Part shown: in pieces, positions 11,576-24,957 of the stretch
Position numbering within the stretch: the stretch's first letter is position 1
Layout of the letters: each line of letters starts with the position of its first letter
From: Ylistrum balloti
Taxonomy: Eukaryota
Reading direction: 5' to 3'
NCBI RefSeq assembly: GCF_031769215.1
Contig: NW_026782069.1
Span: 62,001 to 126,000, forward strand
Length of the DNA stretch: 64,000 bases
Position numbers and translations under genes: made by a program
The notes under the pieces: model-generated
The model's database searches: none
What the model was told of the DNA's origin: nothing
What the model saw: only the letters and a program-made list of their open reading frames with translations

Positions 11576-13194
11576 TTATTAAAATATTTGAGTTACCAGT
11601 GGTTGTCATATATGGATTTGTATGTTCAGACAATATTTCACTTCTGAGATTTGCGCCACGCCCTCGTGAATGAATTGTGGGCGTGGTACAGAGTTGAGAC
11701 AGAGATTGTATCAAACTCACTTTCGCCATAGATTGTACGATATATCCCTTTCCATTACTCAACTTACACACATATCTACATTGGTTCGCATTGGTGTGAT
11801 ATTTACATCAGAAAAACAGTTTGATTTCACGAAGGATAACAGCGGTCTGTTTATCTTGACGTAGATTTAGGTCGAATTTTACAGTGTGTATGCTTTGATC
11901 GAATAATCGGCATGTCAATTTATTGTATATCGAATACAAATTCACTCAAAAGAAAATAATATCAGACCCATTTCCAATATAAGCATGAACGAAACTGCAT
12001 GTAGTACATCAATATATATATTGAATTACCGTCAATATGACGATTTCTGACGGACGTAATATCAAGCGTTACTGTTAACAGCGATGTCAGCTAGAATCCC
12101 TCAACACAATACAGAAAATACAATAAACGCAGAGCTTTATTCAATTATCGATTATTACGGATTGTGTAAAAGAATTTGTCGGACAAATTAGGCTATAACA
12201 GGAACGTGGCGGAGGAAGGATAATCAGGTCATTTCTCCATGGCTGTAAAAAAAGTTAATGAAAGTGACGACGACGCTTCTTCAGTTAGAAACGTTTACCA
12301 CCCCAGAGGAATTTTATTTGAATATTTCTGGGACTAAAATCTATATCTTGTATAGTTTATCACCACTCTGCTCGAGATCAAAGATTCGTAAGGAAAAAAA
12401 TAAAATAACATTTTAAAAAATACAGATTTGATGATGAAGATAATTCCCAAATGATATCATACACGTTTATTTTACCGATCATATCAACAGAGACTTGTCA
12501 AATCACAGATCTCAAAGGATGTGATTCCGTCGTGTTAAAGATGTAGATGTATATATAGGGGTAGTGAAATGCCCACACACATCAACAGCCCCGTCACATT
12601 AGGTCTATATACATCTGTGTGTGGACGGACCCCTATGAGTGGCCCACATCAATACTAGGCCTGGTACGTCTTGTCACACAGAGGAGTTTTGTGGAGTGAT
12701 ACCCAGGGAAAATCCGTCTGCCTGTCGATGTTTGGGATTACAGGAAGAAAGATTCGCCTCGAGTGTTTCCCTTCTGCAGGAGTATGATTTAAAGTCTCAG
12801 GTGTAAGTACGCATATAAACCACTGTACACATATATGGGACAAAGCTGCAGGTGTTGTGACACATGCTTATATGGGTTTATGTGTAACCCCCATTTATGT
12901 AATTATGCTAATGGGCGAGTTGTCAATGATATGATTATGTCTATATCTGTTTGATCACTGAGATGGAAGACATCTACTGTTTACCTATATAATATATAAA
13001 TGTGTACCGTATCATTGGCCTTGATCTCTCTTATCGATGCAGTTCGACGCTCGGCAGAGCTACATAGGATTTTTTTTTCTTTCGAATATATTATATTTTT
13101 TCTGCAAAATTGAAAACTTAATATGATTTAGTGTTTGTTCCTTAATGTGTTTCTGCCTTTGCTCTATGCTGAATGAATAAATGGATGAATGATG

Positions 13195-13262
13195 AAAGAA
13201 GAAGAAAGGGAAGAAGGAGAAGGGAGGGGGAGGGGTGGGGGGTGGGGGTGGGCGGGGCGGTT
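13195..13262 (+). other. Polypurine / G-run tract with G-quadruplex potential
   Basis: gggaagaaggagaagggagggggaggggtggggggtgggggtgggcgggg contains more than six runs of three or more G with short loops. Confidence 0.6.
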
Positions 13263-13466
13263 AATGAGTGATTTTGAATGAATATAGGATTGACTTATAC
13301 AAAAATATGTCAAAATATAAAATCTTAATTGGGAGAATGGGAGATTCAATTTTCTTTGTGTGGTCTATGTGTAAATTTGTGACATCTTATTTGTAAAATA
13401 ATAATATATTTTATGATTGTTACTAATTATTGAAGGATAATAAGATTTGAATTTCTACTGCTTTAG

Positions 13467-13683
13467 AAGGAAGCAACGTTTGATTCTTGTGCCTTTAAAT
13501 GCCGTGAGTAGGAAATAGCATTCTGATTTGTAAGGAATAAACAAATATGGGACATCTGTCAAATGTTTAGTTGAAATGACAGAATGACGCATATCATTAA
13601 CAAAAGTGTAATTAATTATTATTAACAAATGTTCCCTAGTTCCTTAAAGCAGCTGGCCTCTTAATGGCTAAGCTTGCTGTGAG
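13467..13683 (+). CDS. Two candidate short exons (13467-13503, 13640-13683), product unknown
   Basis: ctactgctttag|37 nt|GTGAGT and gttccctag|44 nt|GTATAG give a phase-compatible reading RKQRLILVPLNA-FLKAAGLLMAKLAV. They are also compatible with a GTAAGT donor near 12803. Such short open frames can arise by chance. Confidence 0.2.
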
Positions 13684-13924
13684 GTATAGGTCGTCTGTGC
13701 AGAGTTTAACCTTGAATTTTGTCACTGATAATGCTTGTTAATGCCTTACTCATCCTTTCTGTAGAAGGTTGATAAATGACAGGTCATGAGAACATCCTTT
13801 ACACATCATAAATATCAAAGACAAATGCTGTAGTTGTCAGCGTTATGTTATTCAGTTTATTTTACACATCATACAGAGAAAGGATGGTGTTTGTTTTACA
13901 ATGAGTCTGCTGAAGAAGTGACCA

Positions 13925-14340
13925 GGTTTGTCAAGGCATTAGTTTGTAGGCATTGTCAAGGTGTTAGTTTGTAGGTGTTTGTCAAGGGGTTTGTTTGTGG
14001 GTGTTTGTCAAGGTGGTAGTTTGTAGGTGTTTGTCAAGGGGTTACTTTGTAGGTGTTTGTCAAGGCGTTAATTTGTAGGTGTTTGTCAAGGCATTAGTTT
14101 GTAGATGTTTGTCAAGGCGTTAGTTTGTAGGTGTTTGCCAAGGCGTTAGTTTGTAGGTGTTTGTCACGGGGTTAGTTTGTAAGTGTTTGTCAAGGCGTTA
14201 GTTTGTAGGTGTTTGTCAAGGCGTTAGTTTGTAGGTGTTTGCCAAGGCGTTAGTTTGTAGGTGTTTGTCAAGGGGTTAGTTTGTAAGTGTTTGTCAAGGC
14301 GTTAGTTTGTAAGTGTTTGTCAAGGCGTTAGTTTGTGGGC
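13925..14340. repeat. 26-bp minisatellite, ~16 copies
   Basis: Monomer gtttgtcaaggcgttagtttgtaggt. Confidence 0.96.
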
Positions 14341-15849
14341 TGGATATGTAGGTGTTAGATGAACAGAAATACTATATATTGTTTTAAAACCTTATGAATA
14401 TCACACACAGTGGTGTAATGTAGAAAACAGAAAAAATATCAATGATTCAATATTTTAAAGCAGCTTACTTATATCATTGTAGCTTTACTAACAAAAATAA
14501 CACTTCATCCAGTTATTTTGTCTGAACCAAATCAATCTCTAAAACTGTATATTGTTTTCATAATTTTCATTTATTTATGATAAAAATGTTATAAAACCAG
14601 CTTTTTGAAATATGAGGAAAGTTGGATAATACATACAGAATATGTTTTAGAGTCTGTTAATTATGACTGATTTGTATCCCTGATAATTTCGATGTCTTCG
14701 TGTTAAAAATCGTTGATATAACAATGACCTGTTATCAGAATATATAGGACAGATATACAAATGTAAGTGTACTAATAGATTTCTTTTCTCTGTCAAGAAA
14801 CAAATCAAAAATGGAAAAGAAAGGAAATCTCCGAATAACAAACCCTAAAAGGAAAATAAAGATTCCAGGTAACAGATTTGAAAAAAATGAGGTGGAAAAA
14901 AAAGGAAGTAAACCCCCAAAACAATCGCAGGGAGTGTATACAAGTGTATTTTATGTACTGTGTACCATTAACTGTACAAAGATAGAAGTTTTACTTTCTT
15001 GTGGAACACAATCAATATTTCATTATTGTTTGATAGCATTTTGCTGATGAGAAAAAGTGGAAGTCATCAATATTTACAGCAGCAATAAAATACAGCTATT
15101 TAATCTATGTTGTACCAACAAATTGGCAGGAGGTTGTTCTAAGCATATAGACTTAAATGGAGGAAGACAATTGGTTTGACGCCTCAGTAAAGTGGACTTT
15201 CCTTAAAGTGAGAAATGCCGGACATTTCAAGACAAGGGTGGTGAAAGCAATATGTCATTAATCTTTTCCCCGACTCTCACTTTCACCTTTTTTCGCAGCT
15301 TAAGGCAAGATTTCCAGTAAAATGTGAAACCTGACCTATTTTATTCTGGTTCGTCGGGGTAACCCAGTGCAATCCCATGAACTTCAGTCTAATGATGTAA
15401 ATTAATGTGTGACTAAAAGTCAAGTGTAACTTAGTGAAATAAAGTAAAGCTGATTGAACTATAAAATGTAATTCAATTAAATTCAAACTTAACACAGCGG
15501 TAACTTAACTGAAATTAAACTTAGCAACATGGAAAATAATCCAGTTCTGAAGTAAACTGATGTAACTAATGTTTAACTATGGTATGAACTGGTAACTACA
15601 GTGTAATTATGATTAAGGTATAAAACTGAACTGATGTTTAACTTTGTGACGTAAGGCATAAACCAGTGACTAAAGTACATTGAAGTGAAGTGTACTTTGC
15701 TGAACTAAACTAAACTAAATCCAGCTAGCTTTAGTATAGGTTAGTGAACTGATATTGAAACTTTGTGAACTAGGGTTGTAATAAGTCAGTTAAAGTGTAA
15801 TCCTGTCAACCAAAAGTTTAACCTACTGAAATAAAATATAGTGAACTAG

Positions 15850-16010
15850 GGTAACCATGGGAACTGAAGTGTTACCATGGGAACTGAAATGTTACCATAG
15901 GAACTGAAAGTGTTACCATGGGAACTGAAGTGTTTCCATGGGAACAGAAGTGTTACCATGGGAACTGAAAGTGTAACCCCGTGAACTGAAGTGTAACCAT
16001 GGAAACTAAA
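15850..16010. repeat. 20-21-bp minisatellite, ~7 copies
   Basis: Monomer gtgttaccatgggaactgaa(a). Confidence 0.9.
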
Positions 16011-16387
16011 ATTTAACCAAGTGGACCAAAGTGTGATCAAGTCCATTGGAGGGTCACCCAGTGAACATCAATACAACACAATGACCTAAAGTATGAACAT
16101 TTGACATGATGTGAACTTAAAGTATTGAGGTAGAAAATAGTTCTGACTACAATGTCTCCAATTGAATACATTCAACAAAAATATAACACAGCTACACTAT
16201 GTAAGTGTAACAGTAAATCATGGTATTCCTAGGAAACTTAAACCTAATACATTCCTTTTCTAACTAGTTTTCAAACGAAATGACAAAATGATTAACAGCA
16301 AAGTATATTGAGAGAACAGTGATTGAGCAGCTAAAGATACTGTATCTATACTTTTATGAAAAAATACATGTAATCTTAGACAGAGAG

Positions 16388-18785
16388 TTGTTACAGACCA
16401 ACAAAATGTATATATTGTGTGTGTCACCAATGGTTACAGACCTACAAAATGTATCAATTGTGTGTGTCACCAATGGTTACAGACCTACAAAATGTATCTA
16501 TTGTGTGTGTCACCAATGGTTACAGACCTACAAAATGTATCAGTTGTGTGTGTCACCAATGGTTACAGACCTACAAAATGTATCAGTTGTGTGTGTCACC
16601 AATGGTTACAGACCTACAAAATGTATCTATTGTGTGTGTCACCAATGGTTACAGACCTACAAAATGTATATATTGTGTGTGTCACCAATGGTTACAGACC
16701 TACAAAATGTATCAGTTGTGTGTGTCACCAATGGTTACAGACCTACAAAATGTATCTATTGTGTGTGTCACCAATGGTTACAGACCTACAAAATGTATAT
16801 ATTGTGTGTGTCACCAATGGTTACAGACCTACAAAATGTATCAATTGTGTGTGTCACCAATGGTTACAGACCTTCAAAATGTATATATTGTGTGTGTCAC
16901 CAATGGTTACATACCTACAAAATGTATATATTGTGTGTCACCAATGGTTACAGACCTACAAAATATATCAATTGTGTGTGTCACCAATGGTTACAGACCT
17001 ACAAAAAAATACAGACCTACAAAATGTATCAGTTGTGTGTGTCACCAATGGTTACAGACCTACAAAATGTATCAGTTGTGTGTGTCACCAATGGTTACAG
17101 ACCTACAAAATGTATCAGTTGTGTGTGTCACCAATGGTTACAGACCTACAAAATGTATCTATTGTGTGTATCACCAATGGTTACAGACCTACAAAATGTA
17201 TATATTGTGTGTGTCACCAATGGTTACAGACCTACAAAATGTATATATTGTGTGTGTCACCAATGGTTACAGACCTACAAAATGTATATATTGTGTGTGT
17301 CACCAATGGTTACAGACCTACAAAATGTATATATTGTGTGTGTCACCAATGGTTACAGACCTACAAATATAATTGTGTGTGTCACCAGAAATTGAAACAA
17401 AGCATATTGTGTGTGTCACCAATGGATACAGACCTACAAAATGTATCTATTGTGTGTATCACCAATGGTTACAGACCTACAAAATGTATCAAATTGTGTG
17501 TGTGTCACCAATAGACTACAAAATGTATTACAGTCAAACCTATTGTCAAAATGTTACTCTACAGGAAACAGTGTGTGTGTCACCAAATTGACCTACAAAA
17601 TGTATCTATTGTGTGTGTCACCAATGGTTACAGACCTACAAAATGTATCAATTGTGTGTGTCACCAATGGTTACAGACCTACAAAATCTATCATTTGTGT
17701 GTGTCACCAATGGTTACTACCTAGGTCAAAATGTATTATATTGTGTGTATCACCAATACAGATACAAAATGTATATATTGTGTGTGTCACCAATGGTTAC
17801 ATACCTACAAAATGTATCTATTGTGTGTGTCACCAATGTTTATAGACCTACAAAATGTATCTATTGTGTGTGTCACCAATGGTTACAGACCTACAAAATG
17901 TATCAATTGTGTGTGTCACCAATGGTTACAGACCTTCAAAATGTATTTATTGTGTGTATCACCAATGGTTACAGACCTACAAAATGTATATATTGTGTGT
18001 CACCAATGGTTACAGACCTACAAAATATATCAATTGTGTGTGTCACCAATGGTTACAGACCTACAAAATGTATCTATTGTGTGTATCACCAATGGTTACA
18101 GACCTACAAAATGTATATATTGTGTGTGTCACCAATGTTACAGATACAAAATGTATCAGTTGTGTGTGTCACAATGGTTACAGACCTACAAAATATCATT
18201 GTGTGTGTCACCAATGGTTACAGACCTACAAAATGTATATATTGTATGTGTCACCAATGGTTACAGACCTACAAAATGTATCAATTGTGTGTGTCACCAA
18301 TGGTTACAGACCTACAAAATGTATCTATTGTGTGTATCACCAATGGTTACAGACCTACAAAATGTATATATTGTGTGTATCACCAATGGTTACAGACCTA
18401 CAAAATGTATCAGTTGTGTGTGTCACCAATGGTTACAGACCTACAAAATGTATCAGTTGTGTGTGTCACCAATGGTTACAGACCTACAAAATGTATCTAT
18501 TGTGTGTATCACCAATGGTTACAGACCTACAAAATGTATCAGTTGTGTGTGTCACCAATCAACCTTCAAAATGTATCTATTGTGTGTATCACCAATGGTT
18601 ACAGACCTACAAAATGTATATATTGTGTGTGTCACCAATGGTTACAGACCTACAAAATGTATATATTGTGTGTGTCACCAATGGTTACAGACCTACAAAA
18701 TGTATATATTGTGTGTGTTACCAATGGTTACAGACCTACCAAATATATCAATTGTGTGTGTCACCAGAAATTGAAACAAAGCATG
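16388..18785. repeat. 43-bp minisatellite, ~55 copies
   Basis: Monomer ccaatggttacagacctacaaaatgtat(ct/at/ca)(a/g)ttgtgtgtgtca. The lack of stops in the plus frames explains the 300-400 aa ORFs in all three frames. Confidence 0.98.
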
Positions 18786-20106
18786 TTGAAGTCTTTATTA
18801 TATTAACCGACAACAGTGCCATAATATTTACCAGGGTGATCTGTATGTTCCACTGTGTAGTATTGAACTGGATTCCAATGTACATGTATTTTATATTGTA
18901 ATCAAATTGTGTCTGGTGAAGTCACACCGAAAGTAGTAGACTCTGTATATCTTTGTCTACATGTCAAACGCCTTATTGTCTTTAGATGTGAATTCATGCA
19001 GAAATCTTTCTCATTTAAAACACAGGAAACAGTGGAAGTGGAAAATTGCTTCCTACAATTGGCTTGTGTGGCTTTGTAGAGATGCTGTGGTATTACCGTA
19101 GCTAATTTACTGCAGGGCTATTCGCTGCATAGAATTTTACCACTCTAGGTCTTTCCTGCGTTTATATTGCTTGTGCTCGACACAATTCAATTAAAATTCT
19201 TATAAGGGACATTACTAAGCTGCAGGAAACACCTGAACGATCTTGTCTATTTTAATAATGTTTATTGTGAATCCATCACAGACTGTTTATGAATCGCAAA
19301 CGACAAAAATTTGATAAACAAAATTTTGCCCAATTGCTAGCCAGAGTGATGTTTGTGTTTGAATCCAGAAATAGACTACAATTATAAATGTCTGGTATGA
19401 GGAGAAGGCCTTACAGTCAGAATATTCTATATATGAATGACAATATTCAGATTTCAGATGTTTACAAGAAAATCCATGTCTATGATAAAATGAGAGAGGT
19501 TTTAAATCTGAATATTCAAGCTGTCTGCCCGTCTTGTGAACACATTATTTTACTGTCCTATAGCAAGTTAATGGGAAGATGTCTAGACTGTTTCTTATGG
19601 AGATTCAGGCCTGGGGTGTGTATTACTTTGTCCATGTCCAGTTTATGATGAATGTCCGACAGAGGGTTGTCAGAGGTTAGTCTGTGGCAATGATCAGTGA
19701 ACCCCCTCTCCTTCTGCCTCAATTTCCTACTCCCCCTCTCCCTCCCCTCCCCCTTCTCCATAGGAAAAAACCCCATCTTAGTTACCATATTTATCATAAT
19801 AGATGAACTGTATGCTAATTACTTTGGAAATCAACTAAAGACTATGACATTTGTATTTACACAATAGATGAGGATGGGAAGATGTGCTTATTTTTATTTG
19901 TTTTCAATCATTTTACTGAAATTCACATTCTTTGTTTTGAAAAATATGAAGTAAGATACATTTTGTAACTGATAATATAACCCTTAAAATGGAATGTTCC
20001 ACGGGCGATTAAAGGGGTCACAGAATTAATGACTTGGTATCTATCCCATGTTCTCTGAAGCAAAACTTTTATCATCTCTGATAAAAAGAAGGGACCTGCT
20101 TCTCAC

Positions 20107-20142
20107 CTGAAATCTGACATGAGGTGTTGAAATATGATACAC
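20107..20142 (-). CDS. Candidate 36-nt symmetric exon, product unknown
   Basis: Minus strand: ctcatttttcaacag|GTGTATCATATTTCAACACCTCATGTCAGATTTCAG|gtgaga. Strong acceptor and donor; all three frames open. Confidence 0.25.
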
Positions 20143-20716
20143 CTGTTGAAAAATGAGACATTAATGCATAGCCATAATTTTTGTTCCTTTTTTAAGAGGG
20201 AAAATTAAATTTGAAATCTGGCTCCTTTGCCAAGTCAAGGACTGGTTTCCTCCTTTCAATAACACATGAGAACATTAAAGTTGACAGGTTATGTTACTGT
20301 ATATATAAGTAGGTATTATGTACAGAATGTTGTGTAATGACTCTCTAATTTAATTATAAAAATGTGCTCTTTTTTATTTCAATGTAACATTACCGTAAAA
20401 TTACCCCATACATTACAACTCCCCTCAATCTTGTGGTCTCTCAGGTAAAACGAACAAGTATGTGGATATTTTGTGTGTATGTTTATAAAAAAAACTCTAA
20501 AGAAAAGATGAAAGTCAAAACTTGAAATGAAAATATAATGACATAATAGTAAAATAGCAGTGAAAATATCTAATTTTAATGTAATTCCATTTTTTAATGG
20601 TACAATAAATTAAAATAAGCAAGGTTGTTGGATAATTTTGTCAGAATTTTAAAAGTAACATTATGAGTTTAACATATAAGCATGTACAATAAAAGTAATG
20701 TTACAATGGTGTGTTA

Positions 20717-20822
20717 GGGGTCATAATGTCCGAATTGTTGAGGTGTCTGACCGTCTTTATTACTAACCCTCCACCTCTGGGTCGTAGGTTCAAGGCCTAC
20801 ATGGGGAAGTTGCCAGGTACTG
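20717..20822 (+). mobile_element. Decayed tRNA-derived SINE 5' part, cut off by a minisatellite
   Basis: ccctccacctctgggtcgtaggttcaaggcctacatggggaagttgccaggtactg has a B-box-like ggttcaag and resembles the 5' half of a bivalve SINE as I recall it. The array starts immediately after gtactg. Confidence 0.55.
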
Positions 20823-21425
20823 GACAGATGAGAGAATCTCTCTGTCAGTGAGGTGAATCTCTCTGTAGGACACAGATGAGAGAATCTCTCTGTCCGGACA
20901 CAGATGAGAGAATCTCTCTGTCAGGACACAGGAGTGAGAGAATCTCTGTCAGGACACAGGAGTGAGAAAATCTCTTTGTCAGGACACAGATGAGAGAATC
21001 TCTCTGTCAGGACACAGATGAGAGAATCTCTCTGTCAGGACACAGATGAGAGAATCTCTCTGTCAGGACACAGGAATGAGAGAATCTCTCTGTCAGGACA
21101 CAGATGAGAGAATCTCTCTGTCAGGACACAGATGAGAGAATCTCTCTGTCAGGACACAGGAGTGAGAGAATCTCTGTCAGGACACAGGAGTGAGAAAATC
21201 TCTTTGTCAGGACACAGATGAGAGAATCTCTCTGTCAGGACACAGATGAGAGAATGCCTCTATCAGGTCTATAAGGACACAGATGAGAGAATCTCTCTGT
21301 CAGGACACAGATGAGAGAATCCCTCTGTCAGGACACAGATGAGAGAATCTCTCTGTCAGGACACAGATGAGAGAATCTCTCTGTCAGGACACAGATGAGA
21401 GAATCTCTCTGTCAGGACACAGGAG
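20822..21425. repeat. 28-bp minisatellite with self-complementary monomer, ~20 copies
   Basis: Monomer gacacagatgagagaatctctctgtcag; variant gacacaggagtgagagaatctctgtcag. Confidence 0.96.
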
Positions 21426-24400
21426 CGAGATCCCTTTGTCTGTAGGGAAGGGTACCATGTGATACAGCTATCATTAACCAGTTGATGTTGTCTCAGTACG
21501 ATGAAGATAAAAATAGCCACAAATGCAGGAAAAGTTAAAAGAATTAAAGTTAAATAATGATATTTTCCAGCTGTTGCTATGGTAACTTTGTATTTATGTC
21601 TTGTGTTATAATTAGTCCAAGTTTATATATTGAGAATTGTTAATGTGAGCATTTTATATCGATTTTCTATTCCAAACTTTCCAGCAGGTATATATATCAT
21701 TTCTTTATTAAGATGTATTAGACTGTGTCATGCTTCAGCAGAAATTTTCCCAAAATGAACATCACTGTGTATGTAAATATATTGTATTTACCCGTGTAAG
21801 ATTTACGAGCTCCACACAGACGGTGACGACACTGTTACAGTGAGGAGAACCTATCAGATGAACTCATTGTGCCAATTGTTTCCTAGTAAAAATATATCTG
21901 TGATTTATTGGCTTTAATTATCTTAGATAGTTAACAGCAGAAAGTACACATCATACTAATTACTAGATAATAAAATGATTATAATGACTGTAGGTCTTCA
22001 GTGATTTCTACATAAGTACCAAAGTTACCAAAGACATGTATAAAATGTAGAACAGCTTCATAGGGTCGATATGTGTATTGCTGAAATTTTATCTCAAGTC
22101 AGAAAATAGCCAGACGCAATATATATACATATATTGGAAGATGAAAAAATATATTGATGAGTACAACCATTGTTAATAGGTACCAATAATCTAAATACAT
22201 ATCTAAATATTGTGATCATAATTTTGACCTTTGACCTTTGATCAGTATGTTTGGAACACCAGTGATTCATTGTTACACTTTGACATTTAAATCTGCTGCT
22301 GACAATAGTTAACCTTCTGGTAACCATGATAAATAACAGCAGTTGAAGTAAGTTTATATTCAATCACTTATTGAAGTGGGATATTTATTGTAGCTAGACA
22401 AAAGTTAATTGGTAATTCTGAAAACAGAGGTCAGAGGTCATGTATGTACTGTCAGTGTTATTTTTGAAGGATTTCATTTTTTTTTATATTTTCCTGGATA
22501 AAATTAAATGAAATTTTAACTCATGGAAAAGTATTACCTTTACGATATCCTAAAATGTCCATTTTATTATTAACAACCAGATGTAGGATGTATAAAATAT
22601 TGTAACTTTTACATAGATAATACAGATCCCCAATATCTGATCATTACTCCCAGTGATAAATCTAATAGAGTTCATTATACATTTCCATACCTCCTTCAGG
22701 AATTGAATCCAGGACCTCTGACCTACCTGCCTAACTGATTGAGGTAACAGAGAAGTTCTCTCAAGCTGTTCTGTAAACAAACATCAGTTGTAATCTTATT
22801 TCAGCATTGAAATATGTTTACACTAATTGTAATGTTAGAATGATATCCGTACAGCAATTTTAATGGATGTGCTAATTCCTCATTGTACTAATTTGTCAAA
22901 AAAAAGGATTATGCACTAAAATATGCTTTCATCAAGTTAAGTATGTTTACAGTGGGACAAGTATTTAGTAGGGACGTCACATAAACACCACACAACGATG
23001 TTTATTTGTGAGTCACTTTAATCATCAACTATCACTGATTAGAGATTATTTAAACCTTGACCTGATGATGGTATAAAGTACAATGATAATTGATTCTTAA
23101 CGTCACTGTGATATAGAAGTAAAACAGTGGTCTGTATGTATCCTATTGTGTATAGACTGACATATGGGGAAGTAAGCCTGTCCTTGTTTCGTCAGAATCT
23201 AATGAAATCCCTCATCATTTCACAGTCTATTCCACAATTAATTACAGCATCCTCCCTCAGGCCTGATCACAGCTTACTAGTGGGAGGTGGCGTGACTTCC
23301 ACATGATCAGAGAGATTGATGTCCGTCAACAGCTGTAATCATTAAGTAAACCATTTGGTACTTATCTGATGAAATAAATTTTGTGTTTTTTTTTTTCAAA
23401 CAATGATTTATCTACGTATCACATTTGTCAATCATCTCTGCCATCAAATTAATGATGTTTTGTCATCATTTCTTTACATAAATCAGATAATTGAGGAACT
23501 GGTTTTAGAATCGATAGACATTTTGATGATAGGAATCTTTATGTCAGGGGTATTCAATTAAGATTTTTATTTGATTATTGTGACGATTTGACTTTTGTCT
23601 AATAAGTTTAATATCTTCCTTGTCCAAATCATGCTTTGTTTCAGATTGTACAAAATACCACTCACAGAAGAAAAATCTATATTCACTACAATGGTGTGAC
23701 AGAAGGCAGACAATGAGAATTGCATTATTTAATAAAAGTCAGGAATATGACGGCCATAATAAAGTACATTTACAGGAAATCTTCTAAATGTCATCTTACT
23801 GATCTTTACTTGGACTGAGAAAACGTGGATTTATCTTACCAACAGACACAGAATTGATTGTAACAATGGCCGTATGAACTGTTCGAAAGATGGTGAGAGG
23901 ATGCTGATAGGAAAAGTAATATAGATTGTTATAAATAGAATGTCTTGATCAGATTGTATTTTTGCATAATGAACATTTGTCTGTCTCCAGTAATGAAACC
24001 CGCCACCTTATCATGGGTCGTTCGAGGAATATCACCAAATTTAATATATTAAATCACCCACCCCCCCACACACACACATAACCCAACCGACCCCCACCCC
24101 TACCACCACCTTTTTAAAAAAAAAATCTTGGGGCTAAAGCCTTCCATTTAAGATTTTGTTATTACTAGTTTGGTTCAAAGGGATTTAACCGAGACAGATT
24201 GTTAGATGAAAGATAATGAAAAAGATGTCGATTGTTTCCATGGTAACTATTTTCTTCAATATAATAATACCCATAATTCTATCGATTCAAGAAGCTGTTT
24301 GAATTGAATGTCAAATGAACAGTTTGCATGTAATGGTCTTTCTGTAGTGGAAATTTAATTCATTTCACAAAAATGGTTTGAGAAAAGATTGTATAAACTG

Positions 24401-24957
24401 TAATTAGAATTTTCTCACTGATCTGTTATCATGCCTATTATGGACTTAATAGAAAATTAAATAATTTAACATGCAGAACACTTAATAGCTTCATTCATTG
24501 ACAGTAAGACATGATGACTTTTTACAGCAGACAAAGACGAGATAGGATCGGGTATGGTGTGTTCTCTGGTATAGAATAATTTTCTATGCTTTACAACTTT
24601 TCAAAAGTAGATAATCTTTGGAGTGTGTAAATTATTGGTTTTATTGGTGAGAAGTTTAAAGTAATTTCCTTCAGTTTTATGAAGATAAAAGATTTCACAA
24701 ATACTAGACTAGAGAGATCTTGAGGTCATCCTATTATAGACATAACTGTTTAGAGAATTAACACTCATACTGGAACTTTAAAGCTTTATAAATCATAAAT
24801 TTATCTATAGGCACATATAGAAATTTGATACATATAATTATGTGAGTTAAATAATTGGTTTGTTAGGACTTTTGGTTGTGAGAAAATTGTGGGTTTAATG
24901 ACATGTATAGTACTTATATGTCAGCATTATTTTGGGTCTGTGTTGTCATTCATGAGT

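Noticed and set aside
15040-15075. ctgatgag as a possible hammerhead ribozyme core
   Set aside because: No stem II closing onto GAAA and no stem I/III pairing; other ctgatga hits (~23063, ~23365) fail likewise.
16319-18901. Overlapping 300-400 aa Cys-rich ORFs in all three plus frames
   Set aside because: The 43-bp monomer simply lacks plus-strand stops. The same 43-aa cycle appears in every frame, which is the signature of a non-coding repeat.
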